This document shows positions 8,773 to 18,582 of a stretch of 64,000 nt of DNA, one piece after another; the stretch's first letter is position 1, and each line of letters opens with the position of its first letter. A program made the translations under genes and the position numbers. The stretch spans positions 220,185 through 284,184 of the forward strand of contig BOKM01000001.1 of the NCBI GenBank assembly GCA_016860985.1. Direction: 5' to 3'. Origin of the DNA: Patescibacteria group bacterium (GTDB taxonomy: Bacteria; Patescibacteriota; Dojkabacteria; GCA-002793355). The notes beneath the pieces are model-generated. The model was not told the origin of the DNA, did not search any database, and saw only the letters and a program-made list of their open reading frames with translations.

Positions 8773-8808
8773 ATGCAAATTAATCTTTAGTATGATTATA
8801 CACCCGCC

Positions 8809-8836
8809 TTGACACACATTATTTCTCTGCTACACT
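8809..8836 (+). promoter_or_regulatory. Putative sigma70 promoter of greA
   Basis: TTGACA-16 nt-TACACT with TG extended -10. Confidence 0.6.
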
Positions 8837-8903
8837 AGGAATTGTAATAAAACATTGATTTATTATTGACTAAATAACCCCAACTAACATTAAACCGTAC
8901 AGC

Positions 8904-9365
8904 ATGGCTGATATCTTTTTGACCAAAGAAGGATTTACTTCACTTGAGAATGAATTAAAAGATCTTGTAAAAGTTACACTTCCAGCAATTAAAGTTCGAA
9001 TGGCTAATGCCAGAGAAGATGGAGATCTTAGCGAGAATAACGCCTGGATTACCGCAAAAGAAGAAATGGAAATTGCACGTATGCGCGTATCAGAAATCAA
9101 GGCAATGCTAAAAACTGCACAACTCGTTGACGACAAAGGCAGCAAAGGAAACACGGTAAAACTCGGAGACGAAGTCACCATCAAAATACAAGGCAAAGCA
9201 ATGAAGGTGAAACTCGTACCAACAATGGAAGCAGACCCTACTCAGGGGAAAGTATCAGCAGAATCACCTATTGGAAAAGCTGTAATCGGAAAACAGGTTG
9301 GAGATACCATTGAAATTATGACTCCAGCAGGAATGCAAAAAGGCGAAATTGCAGACAAGAGTTAA
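8904..9365 (+). CDS. greA: Transcription elongation factor GreA
   Basis: AREDGDLSENNAW and VSAESPIGKAVIGK. Confidence 0.96.
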   Translation: MADIFLTKEGFTSLENELKDLVKVTLPAIKVRMANAREDGDLSENNAWITAKEEMEIARMRVSEIKAMLKTAQLVDDKGSKGNTVKLGDEVTIKIQGKAMKVKLVPTMEADPTQGKVSAESPIGKAVIGKQVGDTIEIMTPAGMQKGEIADKS

Positions 9366-10042
9366 AAGAATAAAACCAGTAATCCAGCACTGATTACAAG
9401 TAGACTCCATACTTTTGCAGGCTCAATATTCCAGGAGAAAACCTTTTCGGCATAGGTCGTGGTAGACATCCAATGCAGTACGTAGCCAACAAGCATACTG
9501 TATAGCAACAACAAAAGTATAGTCCATACCCCCCATATTGGCAGCGAAATCCACTTTATGGTTAGTAATACTAAATAAACACCGATAGACCACAGAGAAT
9601 ACGGCTGCCCTGCAATTTTCCACGAAATTAAGAAGTACAGCACAGGAATTACTGCCACGATACTCCTCAACCCCCAAAGAGGTATTGTTGATGCAATTCC
9701 CCAGTACCAGACAGAGCTTACAAGTGCCGTACCTGCAGCACTAACCGCAAGAACAAAGAGTTCTTGCAATAGATCCTCGATGTAATAATCGAGCCTACGA
9801 AGTAGGAAAAGCATGACACCAGCAACAAGAACGAATGCGCCCATCGACAATAATGTGACAGCATGTATCTCTTTTTGCGCAAGCCACTCAACACCGATTC
9901 CTATCGTTCCCAACCACAATAACACTTTTGCATAATCTCGTTTTATTCTTGCAACTGGCAAAGAGAATATCGGTACTATCCCAGCCCATACGATAGTTAA
10001 CCACAATACCGTTGTGATAATGAGCGTTACACTTACTGTCAT
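9362..10042 (-). CDS. Multi-pass membrane protein, unknown function
   Basis: About 7 hydrophobic segments; coupled to the upstream CAP gene. Confidence 0.7.
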   Translation of the reverse strand: MTVSVTLIITTVLWLTIVWAGIVPIFSLPVARIKRDYAKVLLWLGTIGIGVEWLAQKEIHAVTLLSMGAFVLVAGVMLFLLRRLDYYIEDLLQELFVLAVSAAGTALVSSVWYWGIASTIPLWGLRSIVAVIPVLYFLISWKIAGQPYSLWSIGVYLVLLTIKWISLPIWGVWTILLLLLYSMLVGYVLHWMSTTTYAEKVFSWNIEPAKVWSLLVISAGLLVLFF

Positions 10043-11328
10043 ACTCGAACGAAGCCAAAGTTAAAGGTAATAAGCAAAATTCCGAGAAAAAGTGTAAACG
10101 AAAGCAATTCGTACCGATGGAAGAGAATCTGCCTTCTGTATGCTAGTTGTAGTGTGTACAACACCAGTAGCAAAAATGTAAGTCCGAATAATCCAAAAAC
10201 AGTGTCTCGCAACGTAAACCTAGGAAGAATAAAGCCATTTCCGGTTGTGCCTGCTACAGTACTTATTTCTGTCGAACCTGATAATTCTGATAATTTTGTT
10301 GCAAATGCCGTAGAGGTGTTGTCGTTAAAGGTAATGGTAAGCACAACAGGTACGTCACCCTGCGGAAGGCTGGAAAGTGGAATGGATAACTCCCGTGCAT
10401 TTTTTCCATTTGTATACCTCACCCCGCCAATACTTGCGCTGAACGAAACGTTCTGCCGCTGACACGTGTAGAGTACTGCAATATCAACAACTGTTTTTTT
10501 GCTACTAATACAGGTCTCCTTTGTTATACCGTTTGCTTGATCTTTTCTGTTAACGACAGTTACGACTACAGAGTCTGTAAGGTATACATCTGCTGGAGCA
10601 ATCGCTTTTGCAACGATTGTTTGCTCACCCTGTGCTGAGGCTAGCGGAGAAGATAGTTTGAAAGAACCACCTTGTGACTGTACACTCCCCAACAAGTCCT
10701 TATTAACATACAAACTAACGGTAGGATCGTTCATATCGGAGGTTTCACCTCTAATATCGGTAATGCCATCTTCTAAAATATCTCCATCTTTTGGTGAGGT
10801 AATTTTGAGTTGTGGCTTATTCCCTGTTGTATTTTCTGCTGTGTACGTTGGGCTTCCAAACATTTGTACTACAAGAAAAATACTTGCGCCTTGCAGATTG
10901 CCCTTTACAATTGCTATACCAACATCTTGAAACTGTGAATCAAGAATATTGGCGCGATGAGTTGGGCTTGCCATCCACGCTTCGTGAACCGAATCAGAAT
11001 CACTAAAGCCCTTTGCGAGATTTTCTCCTGCATATGCGTAGGAATACCCTGATTGGATGATGAATTGCCAGGGACTCTCTTTATTTGGCCCATAATGAGC
11101 CCAATATTGTAGCTTCATCATATTTTCTGCCTTTAAAAAGGCAGCGCGTTCTAGCTTTTTGTTGTACTGAAGTGGAGCAACACCTTTTTTTTGCCGATCT
11201 TTGTTTGCAAGCTCAACAAGATACGTACTTGAAATTTCAGAAGCAAGAAGATCTGTAAAACCAAAGCGGGCAACAAGTACGACGGAGAATAATAGGAGGA
11301 TTGTTACGCGAAGGATGATTCGGAGCAT
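10039..11328 (-). CDS. Membrane-anchored CAP/SCP-domain protein with Ig-like domain
   Basis: LANKDR, YWAH, YAGENLAKG, WMASPTHRANI, VVQMFG; ITSPKDG Ig-like start; N- and C-terminal TM helices. Confidence 0.88.
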   Translation of the reverse strand: MLRIILRVTILLLFSVVLVARFGFTDLLASEISSTYLVELANKDRQKKGVAPLQYNKKLERAAFLKAENMMKLQYWAHYGPNKESPWQFIIQSGYSYAYAGENLAKGFSDSDSVHEAWMASPTHRANILDSQFQDVGIAIVKGNLQGASIFLVVQMFGSPTYTAENTTGNKPQLKITSPKDGDILEDGITDIRGETSDMNDPTVSLYVNKDLLGSVQSQGGSFKLSSPLASAQGEQTIVAKAIAPADVYLTDSVVVTVVNRKDQANGITKETCISSKKTVVDIAVLYTCQRQNVSFSASIGGVRYTNGKNARELSIPLSSLPQGDVPVVLTITFNDNTSTAFATKLSELSGSTEISTVAGTTGNGFILPRFTLRDTVFGLFGLTFLLLVLYTLQLAYRRQILFHRYELLSFTLFLGILLITFNFGFVRV

Positions 11329-11430
11329 AAAGGATTATAGACTAAAGATGTAAGGCTTTAAAGAAGAAATAGTAATACATACTTTAGGGGTAACATATTG
11401 AATGTGAAATAGAACCAAGGCAGCATCAAA

Positions 11431-11715
11431 TTAAGGGATAGCAATCCCCGTTCCTGTACCGTCCCAATTATAATTTCGCTCATTTTGCTGTAGGCGTAAA
11501 TCCCTATAATCACTCTTTAATTTGGTATAACCCAACATAACAATTACTGACAGAACCCCCAGAATTACTATAATTCTGAGGAAAGTCTTTCTCAGTTTCA
11601 CTTTTGCCTTTAACCCCGCATAGAGCCATCCCATTACAGCAAACAGAAACGCGAATAAGACAAACAGAACGAGCGAGTTTGCCATTCGCATTGGAAGTTC
11701 ATTTACATCACCCAT
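11431..11715 (-). CDS. Small two-TM membrane protein
   Basis: 94-aa ORF with two hydrophobic helices. Confidence 0.6.
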   Translation of the reverse strand: MGDVNELPMRMANSLVLFVLFAFLFAVMGWLYAGLKAKVKLRKTFLRIIVILGVLSVIVMLGYTKLKSDYRDLRLQQNERNYNWDGTGTGIAIP

Positions 11716-11756
11716 ATCTGATTATTAATGTAAACAGTATCGTTGTCAACCCAATA

Positions 11757-11792
11757 ATAAAAAAGGAGAGCAGGTTTCCCCACTCTCCCTTT
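11757..11792 (-). terminator. Rho-independent terminator downstream of hup
   Basis: GGAGAG/CTCTCC stem followed by a T-run on the minus strand. Confidence 0.65.
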
Positions 11793-11867
11793 ATTTGCAC
11801 GTGAAATATAGTCCCAATACGAACTATTGCTTTACCACCAAGTGGCAAGCTTTCGCGTTTGAGCGAA

Positions 11868-12140
11868 CTATTTCACTGCTTCACGAAGCTGTTTACCAGC
11901 TTTGAATCGTGGAACGTTTCGTGCAGGAACATTGACAACCTTGTCGGTCTTTGGAACGACTTGCTTTCGTGCCTTAAGATGTCCGACAGAGAATTTACCG
12001 AAGCCAGTGATGGTTACTGCTTCACCCTTTTTGAGTGACATAGTAACAACATCTACAAATCCTTCGACTGCTGCCTTTGCCTGCTTCTTTGACATGCCTG
12101 TTTTATCTGCAAGCATGCTGAAGAGTTGTGCTTTAGTCAT
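11868..12140 (-). CDS. hup: DNA-binding protein HU
   Basis: MTKAQL, VTITGFGKF, VPRFKAGKQLREAV. Confidence 0.95.
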   Translation of the reverse strand: MTKAQLFSMLADKTGMSKKQAKAAVEGFVDVVTMSLKKGEAVTITGFGKFSVGHLKARKQVVPKTDKVVNVPARNVPRFKAGKQLREAVK

Positions 12141-12170
12141 GATACATTTCCTCCTAAATATGTTTTTTCA

Positions 12171-12199
12171 GTTATAGTGCAGTTTCGGCACTTTGTCAA
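12171..12199 (-). promoter_or_regulatory. Putative sigma70 promoter of hup
   Basis: TTGACA-17 nt-TATAAC. Confidence 0.65.
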
Positions 12200-12208
12200 G
12201 CATATCTA

Positions 12209-13723
12209 TTAGGAATTGCCCGAACTTGCGTGCGCTCGTAACTCACGAACAACCACAACGTTCACAATTCCGGGGAAAGCGCCCGTTTCATCGATTCTTT
12301 TTGCAATATTCTGCGCAAGTACTACCGCTGCCTCATCACTGATTTGGCTTGGTTTTACCATTACACGAAGTTCTCTTCCTGCGCGAACCGCGAATACTTC
12401 TTCGGCTGCATCTCCTGCGACCTCATATGCTGTTTTTTCAAGGTTTTCGATTCTTTCGACATAATCCTCAACATTTTCCTTTCGTGCACCAGAACGGGCT
12501 CCTGAGGCAGAGTCGGCAATCTTCATAATGACCGCCTCAACACTCTTCGCCTCAATATCTTCATGATGCGCTTCAATTGCGTTAACGATAACAGGATCAA
12601 GTCCAAACTTTCTTGCAACATCACCACTAATATGATGGTGTGGCTTTTTAACTTTGGTTGTAAGTACTTTTCCAATATCGTGGAGTAAAGCTGCCTTAAG
12701 CACAATATTTACATCGGCATGAAGTTCGCGAGCAATATACTCACCTATCTCCATGACTTCAAGTGTATGCTCTACCATGTTCTGGCCTTTACTTCTTCGA
12801 TATTTCAGTCGGCCGATAATTGGTACCAATTCTGCTGGCACATCAAACCAGTTTGCTTTTTCTGCCATCATCTTTCCAGTTTTCTCAAGTTCTTGAATAA
12901 CATCTTTCTTTGCTTTTGCGTACTGCTCTTCGATGGTTACAGGATGAATTCGACCGTCTTTAATGAGTCGTTCTAATGCAATACGAGCAATTTCTCTGCG
13001 CACTCCATCATACGAAGACAATCCAATTGCGGTTGGTGATTCATCAATAATGACGTCAACACCTGTTACCTTCTCAAAGGCACGGATATTTCTTCCTTCT
13101 TTACCGATAATCTTCCCCTTAATTTCTTCACTTCCAATTTCGATTGTAGAGACTGTGATTTCGTCAACATATTCTGTAGCAACGCTCTGCATCGCATCTA
13201 CAATTAGTTCTTTTGCCTTATCTTCAGCAGTAAGCTTAATCTCTTTTTCTAAATCTGAAATTTTCTTGGCTTTATATGAAACGAGACTCGCTTCAAACTC
13301 TTTCATGTACACGGTCTGCGCTTCTTCTTTGCTCATCCCTGCAACTTTCTCAAGTTTGATGAGTAAATTCTTTCGTGTTTCTGCTACTTCTTCTTCCTTT
13401 TTTACTAAGGATACTTCTTGATCAGCAATCGATTTTCTTTGCTGCTCAAGTAACTTTTCTTTACTTTCCAGTACCTTTTGCTGTGACTGGAACTGACTTT
13501 TAATTCTGTCGTAAAATTGTTTTGCTTGATTTCTAAGCTGTTGGGCTTCTTCATCCGCTTCTTTAAGCTTGTTTTGCAAAAGCTGTTTTGCAATCTCTTT
13601 AACCTTGTCTTGCGATTGACCTTTAAAGGCTTCTCTTTCTTTCGCCAAGAGTTGCATAAAGTAAACAGCTGCACCTGCGCCTGCAATTGTGGCAAGCAAT
13701 AGTATGACGGTTAACAATGTCAT
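12209..13723 (-). CDS. rny: Ribonuclease Y
   Basis: N-terminal TM, coiled coil, KH domain (KGKIIGKEGRNI), HD domain (LLHDIGK). Confidence 0.96.
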   Translation of the reverse strand: MTLLTVILLLATIAGAGAAVYFMQLLAKEREAFKGQSQDKVKEIAKQLLQNKLKEADEEAQQLRNQAKQFYDRIKSQFQSQQKVLESKEKLLEQQRKSIADQEVSLVKKEEEVAETRKNLLIKLEKVAGMSKEEAQTVYMKEFEASLVSYKAKKISDLEKEIKLTAEDKAKELIVDAMQSVATEYVDEITVSTIEIGSEEIKGKIIGKEGRNIRAFEKVTGVDVIIDESPTAIGLSSYDGVRREIARIALERLIKDGRIHPVTIEEQYAKAKKDVIQELEKTGKMMAEKANWFDVPAELVPIIGRLKYRRSKGQNMVEHTLEVMEIGEYIARELHADVNIVLKAALLHDIGKVLTTKVKKPHHHISGDVARKFGLDPVIVNAIEAHHEDIEAKSVEAVIMKIADSASGARSGARKENVEDYVERIENLEKTAYEVAGDAAEEVFAVRAGRELRVMVKPSQISDEAAVVLAQNIAKRIDETGAFPGIVNVVVVRELRAHASSGNS

Positions 13724-13769
13724 ATGTAATTAAACAAATTTATCTTGGGATATAAGAGTGTGCAAATTG

Positions 13770-13928
13770 CGTACGACAACAACATCTTTGAATAATGCTG
13801 TATTTTTGTTTGTTCGGTTCAATCTTCAAGCAACGGCGGAATTTCGGTACTTTGCCGCGACAATCGAGGTTGACGCTTACGCTTCTGGATACTACAACAA
13901 TCTATCAATCCCTAACGTGAATTGTACG
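13770..13928 (-). ncRNA. Candidate 6S-like RNA
   Basis: Hand-folded rod: CGUAC/GUACG, ACGUU/GAUGU, UGUUGUA/UACAGCA, central bubble, UCAA/UUGA, GCGG/CCGC; lies upstream of rny. Confidence 0.35.
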
Positions 13929-14681
13929 TTACTCTATGCTTCCCGTCAACAAAACGCCACCTTGTGAACCTACGTATATCGTATTTTCGTAGATTGCACA
14001 CACTTCACCGGTAATACTTGTAGTTTGCCATCCATCTTTCGATGTTTTAATCGCGGGATTTTTGTGTCTTATTGCGATTATTTCGACTGCAAGTGTTTGA
14101 AATTCTTTAATAACTGGTCCTGCATTTTTTCGACCATAACCAGGAACATCTGGAGCCATATGAAGTCGCTCACCTACCCCGTGTCCTACCATTTCGCGCA
14201 CTACGCTAAAGGGATTATTGATTTCTACAATTTCTTGAGATGCTGCTGAAAGATCTCCGATTTTATTACCGGTCTTTGCTTGTTTTACTGCAGCAAAATG
14301 TGCATTTCGAACTGCGTCAATAAATGGTTGATAACCGTGAACATCCTTACCAACAACGACAGTTCTTGCCATGTCAGTATAAAATCCTTTGTAAATCAAC
14401 CCCATATCTACAGAAATAATGTCACCCTCGTTCAATTTTCTTGACGATGGAAATCCATGGACAACCATATCGTTTATGCCTATGCAAAGATGATAGGGGT
14501 ATCCCTCAAAATCCTTAAATGCAGATTGAGCACCGATCCCTTTTATTGCTTTGTCATATATCTCTTCTAACTCCAACCCTGTGACTCCAGCCTGAATATG
14601 GTCAAGTACCTTATTCATAATCGAAGTAAGCAACTTCCCACCTTCTTTCATGTACTGAATTTTTTCAGGAAGTCTCTGCAT
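13929..14681 (-). CDS. map: Methionine aminopeptidase type I
   Basis: VVHGFP, SVDMG, DMART, GHGVG..LH, YENTI; follows secY. Confidence 0.96.
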   Translation of the reverse strand: MQRLPEKIQYMKEGGKLLTSIMNKVLDHIQAGVTGLELEEIYDKAIKGIGAQSAFKDFEGYPYHLCIGINDMVVHGFPSSRKLNEGDIISVDMGLIYKGFYTDMARTVVVGKDVHGYQPFIDAVRNAHFAAVKQAKTGNKIGDLSAASQEIVEINNPFSVVREMVGHGVGERLHMAPDVPGYGRKNAGPVIKEFQTLAVEIIAIRHKNPAIKTSKDGWQTTSITGEVCAIYENTIYVGSQGGVLLTGSIE

Positions 14682-14687
14682 ACTGCA

Positions 14688-16007
14688 TTAGAAGAAATTT
14701 TTGTTACTTTGATCCATTGATTTCATCGCTTGAACCTGGCGAATCATATCCATAACAACACCAGCCATAATCATCGCACCTGTTCCACTAATTACCTGCT
14801 GAGGGAGTCCGAATTGCTGCACAAGGATATTTGGAACCGCAACGATAACCGCAAGGAGTAACGCTCCAAAAAGGGTTGTTGTCCAAAGTGTTTTATTTAG
14901 GTATGCCTGAGTTTCTTTTCCTGGGCGGACACCTTCGATGAAGGCTCCCTGTTTGTTAATGTTCTCCGCTACTTCTTCTGGTCTAAACACAATGTACGCC
15001 GAGAAGAATGCAAAGAAGATTGTAATAATCATAAGCAGTCCATCGTAGTACAGTTGATTGGACAAAAAGTTTACAACATTCACAGAAATAGATTGAAAGG
15101 TTGGATTTGTAACCTGTGTGCTGAGATACTGAAAGAGGATTCTTGGAAGATCAAGAATAGAAATAGCAAAGATAACAGGCATAACCCCTGCTGTGTTAAT
15201 GCTTAATGGAATATAGTTCGAGTACCCACCAATACCGGTTGGTCTAACCCGTCGTGCGTAAATAAGTTTAATCTTTCTTACTGCAAGAGATATGATAATC
15301 GCAAGAATTAAAGATCCCAAAATAAGTCCAAGTAGCATTGCGAACTTTCCCATAGCCTGACTTGTTCCTTCAAGGGTGAACATTGGAAGAATACCCCCAA
15401 TCTTTGTGCTCCCGATTTTTACACCAACTGTTTCGATGTCTCGGACTAACTGAGTTGGAACATTCACTAAAATGCCTGCCAAAATAATAACGGATGTACC
15501 ACCCCCCATACCAAACTCTGTAATCAACTCACCCAACCACATTGCGAACACAGAACCAAAGGTAAGAAGAGTAATAATTGAAGCAACCTGTAATTGAGTT
15601 GGCGTGTCACCAAGCAACCCTAATCTGTTTAAAATCGTGTAAATTACCACAGACTGAATAATCGCGAGTGGAATAGAGAGAAGTCTTGTATACATGGTAA
15701 GCATTTTTCTTTCAACTGGCCCACCCTGATACAACTCTTTAATCTGAGGAATTGCAACACTTAAAATCTGAAAAATATAGGAAGCATTGATGTAAGGTCC
15801 TAAGCCAATAGTAAGAATACCGATACTCTGTAACATTCCACCAGACAATAAACCGATGACTTGAACAAAATTATTACCCGTCAAAAGGTCTTTCAAAGCA
15901 TTCTGAGGAATACCTGGAATCGGGATTGCTGCCACGAATCTGAAAATCGCTACTATGATAAGGGTAAAACCTATCTTACGTAATATTCCTTTATTCCAGA
16001 GCTTCAT
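14688..16007 (-). CDS. secY: Preprotein translocase SecY
   Basis: GLGPYINAS, WLGELITEFG, AGVMPVIFA, FIEGVRPGKET. Confidence 0.97.
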   Translation of the reverse strand: MKLWNKGILRKIGFTLIIVAIFRFVAAIPIPGIPQNALKDLLTGNNFVQVIGLLSGGMLQSIGILTIGLGPYINASYIFQILSVAIPQIKELYQGGPVERKMLTMYTRLLSIPLAIIQSVVIYTILNRLGLLGDTPTQLQVASIITLLTFGSVFAMWLGELITEFGMGGGTSVIILAGILVNVPTQLVRDIETVGVKIGSTKIGGILPMFTLEGTSQAMGKFAMLLGLILGSLILAIIISLAVRKIKLIYARRVRPTGIGGYSNYIPLSINTAGVMPVIFAISILDLPRILFQYLSTQVTNPTFQSISVNVVNFLSNQLYYDGLLMIITIFFAFFSAYIVFRPEEVAENINKQGAFIEGVRPGKETQAYLNKTLWTTTLFGALLLAVIVAVPNILVQQFGLPQQVISGTGAMIMAGVVMDMIRQVQAMKSMDQSNKNFF

Positions 16008-16105
16008 TTCTAGGCACCAATTAAATAAAATTCTCCTGACGCGTTATCTCGATAAAAACAACGCAGATACGTTTTACTTTTACACTGTAGTGAGAAAACG
16101 CATGC

Positions 16106-16540
16106 TTAGTCTATCACGACTCCACCTGCTGCTTCAATTGCTGCTTTTGCACCCGCGGTCATTGCAACCTTTTTGATGGTCAGTTTGTGAGCAACTTTGT
16201 CCTTACCAATAATTTTTGCAAAATCTTTTGGTTTAGCAATAATTCCTTTTGATACCAAGAATGCTGCGTCAACAACTTGACCCTCTTCTGTGTGTGCATT
16301 AAGCCATTGAATTCGAACGACTGCAGCTCTTGCATTCAAAGATTTGAATCCCTGTTGTGTTGGTAATTTTCGGAACAATGGAATCTGTCCACCAACATCA
16401 GTATTCTTGATTTTGTGTGCACCACGTGATCCCTGACCTTTTTGACCGTATCCAACAGTATGTCCACCGACACCTGAACCAATTCCTCGGCCTCGGCGCT
16501 TCTGTTTATTAAGCACTAACTTTTTGAGGTTTACTTCCAC
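16106..16540 (-). CDS. rplO: 50S ribosomal protein L15
   Basis: RGRGIGSG, GQKGQGSR, GGQIPLFRKLP, IEAAGG. Confidence 0.96.
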   Translation of the reverse strand: MEVNLKKLVLNKQKRRGRGIGSGVGGHTVGYGQKGQGSRGAHKIKNTDVGGQIPLFRKLPTQQGFKSLNARAAVVRIQWLNAHTEEGQVVDAAFLVSKGIIAKPKDFAKIIGKDKVAHKLTIKKVAMTAGAKAAIEAAGGVVID

Positions 16541-17078
16541 GTTTTACTGTTTTCAACTTAGACAAAGCGAGAATCGTACAATAGGCATTGGTGAGTGAGT
16601 TTGATGCACCAAGTCTTTTTGCTACTACATTTTCTACACCTGCGATTTCGAGTACTTTTCGGATTGCACCACCAGCTACTACTCCAGTACCAACAGGTGC
16701 TGGTTTGATAAGTACGCTAGATGCTTTATAACGAGCTTCTACTCTGTGAGTAAGGGTCTTTTTCTCTTGGTCCAATTGCAAAGTAAAGAGCTTTGAGCTT
16801 GCTTTTTTCATTGCCTTTTGCATTGCTTCTTGTGGATCAGATCCTTTACCCATTGCAATACCGACCTTCCCTTTCTTATCTCCTGCTATAAGAACAACGC
16901 TAAAGCGCAATCTTTTTGCACCTGCAGTTGCCTTTGCAACACGTCTCAAAGCAATCAATTCGGAGAAGAGCTTTTCTTCTTGGTTATGACCATTGCGGTT
17001 GTTATTGTTACGGTTGTTGTTTCCGTGTTGTGGTCTTCGGTTGTTGTTTCGGTTATCCGGTCGGTTATTATTCTCCAT
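16509..17078 (-). CDS. rpsE: 30S ribosomal protein S5 (Asn/Arg-rich N-terminal tail)
   Basis: RRVAKATAGAKRLRFS, PAPVGTGVVAGG. Confidence 0.96.
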   Translation of the reverse strand: MENNNRPDNRNNNRRPQHGNNNRNNNNRNGHNQEEKLFSELIALRRVAKATAGAKRLRFSVVLIAGDKKGKVGIAMGKGSDPQEAMQKAMKKASSKLFTLQLDQEKKTLTHRVEARYKASSVLIKPAPVGTGVVAGGAIRKVLEIAGVENVVAKRLGASNSLTNAYCTILALSKLKTVKRGSKPQKVSA

Positions 17079-17088
17079 GAACATCACG

Positions 17089-17436
17089 TTATAATGTTAA
17101 TCCTGATTTTCTCATACCTTCGGCAAAAGATTTTACTTTGCCATGGTAAATATATCCTGATCTATCGTAGGTTACTGCGGTAACTCCTGCGTCTTTGATC
17201 ATCTTTCCAAAGGCTTCACCCATTTTTTCTAGGCGTGCCATTGGCTTTTCTTTTTCTAATTTTGAAGTCTTAACAAATGACTTTTCGTGAATTGCTGTAA
17301 TTACTTTGCCATCGTTATGCGCATCAACTAGTTGTGCAAAGAAGTATCTATTTGACTTGTCGATAGAAACTCGAGGAAGCTTAGATACCATCTTCATTTT
17401 GAAGCGGGTTCGATTTCTTTTTTTGTTTAGTTCCAT
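17089..17436 (-). CDS. rplR: 50S ribosomal protein L18
   Basis: PRVSIDKSN, YDRSGYIYHGKVK. Confidence 0.95.
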   Translation of the reverse strand: MELNKKRNRTRFKMKMVSKLPRVSIDKSNRYFFAQLVDAHNDGKVITAIHEKSFVKTSKLEKEKPMARLEKMGEAFGKMIKDAGVTAVTYDRSGYIYHGKVKSFAEGMRKSGLTL

Positions 17437-17452
17437 ACTTTCTTACTCAAAC

Positions 17453-17992
17453 TTATGCTGCTGCTGTCTTAACTTCTTTCTTTCGTACTACTTCACCAAC
17501 GTATCGAATACCTTTTCCTTTGTAGACTTCTGGTGGTTTGAGCGCTCTCACTTGAGAGGCAAACATTCCTACCTTTTGTTTATCGATTGCCCACATTTTG
17601 ATACTCGTTTGTGAAGGGACTTCTACTTTAATATCTGCTGGAATTGGGTACTTAACCAAGTGCTTATATCCAATAGCAAGTGATAGATTTGTTCCTTCTA
17701 AGGTAACACGATATCCAACACCTACTAATTCGAGTTCTACATTGAAGCCATCGGTTACACCTTTAATCATGTTTGCAATAAGTGCGCGGGTTGTACCGTG
17801 AAGCATTTTAACGTTTCTTGAGTCGTTTGCTCGTGCTACTGTAATTGTATCTCCATCAATCATTACAGTAATTTTTGCAGGTGTTTTTGCGGAGAGTTCT
17901 CCGTTCTTTCCCTTAACGACCACTGCATCACCTACTTGAGTTACTGTTACTCCTGCTGGAATTTTAATTGCTTTTAATCCTACTCGTGACAT
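17453..17992 (-). CDS. rplF: 50S ribosomal protein L6
   Basis: MSRVG, HGTTRALIANM, PPEVYKGKGIRY. Confidence 0.97.
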   Translation of the reverse strand: MSRVGLKAIKIPAGVTVTQVGDAVVVKGKNGELSAKTPAKITVMIDGDTITVARANDSRNVKMLHGTTRALIANMIKGVTDGFNVELELVGVGYRVTLEGTNLSLAIGYKHLVKYPIPADIKVEVPSQTSIKMWAIDKQKVGMFASQVRALKPPEVYKGKGIRYVGEVVRKKEVKTAAA

Positions 17993-17994
17993 AT

Positions 17995-18378
17995 TTACCA
18001 CACCTCACAGATAAGTTCACCACCAACGTTGAGTTTTCTTGCTTCAACGGTTGTCATTACACCTTGGGGTGTAGAGACTATTTGAATTCCAGTACCTGAT
18101 CGAACAGGTTGCATTTCTTCTGCTTTAATATACCAACGTCTTCCTGGTCTTGAAAAAAGTCGAACGTCTTGTAATGCTGAAAGTCCGTTCTCTGCATATT
18201 TCATCTTGACTTCAATGTTGTGACCTACGATATCATAGCCAACAATAAAGCCGCGCTTTGCAAGGACCTCTAACACTGCAATTGCATACTTAAACTTTGG
18301 AACCTCTACGACCTTCTTGCTGATCATTGCAGCATTCTTGAGTCTTATTAATACATCGCCAATACTATAGTTCGTCAT
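17995..18378 (-). CDS. rpsH: 30S ribosomal protein S8
   Basis: DVLIRLKNA, SRPGRRWY, GGELICEVW. Confidence 0.97.
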   Translation of the reverse strand: MTNYSIGDVLIRLKNAAMISKKVVEVPKFKYAIAVLEVLAKRGFIVGYDIVGHNIEVKMKYAENGLSALQDVRLFSRPGRRWYIKAEEMQPVRSGTGIQIVSTPQGVMTTVEARKLNVGGELICEVW

Positions 18379-18381
18379 CTT

Positions 18382-18576
18382 TTACCAGCTCGATTTAGTT
18401 ACACCGGGAAGTAATCCTTGATGTGCAAGTTCGCGTAAACAAACTCGGCAAATGCCAAAGTCTCTAATATACGCAGAGCGTCTTCCACATCGCTGACACT
18501 GATTGTAAATCCGTGTCTTAAATGGAGCTCTTGCAACCAATCTCTTATGTTTTGCTTCGCGAATCCGTTTCGACAT
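18382..18576 (-). CDS. rpsN: 30S ribosomal protein S14 (zinc-binding type)
   Basis: CQRCGR...CRVCLRE...PGVTKSSW. Confidence 0.97.
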   Translation of the reverse strand: MSKRIREAKHKRLVARAPFKTRIYNQCQRCGRRSAYIRDFGICRVCLRELAHQGLLPGVTKSSW

Positions 18577-18582
18577 CTTTTA

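Noticed and set aside
16980-17075. GTT-rich tandem-like repeats
   Set aside because: They encode the low-complexity Asn/Arg tail of S5, not an independent repeat element
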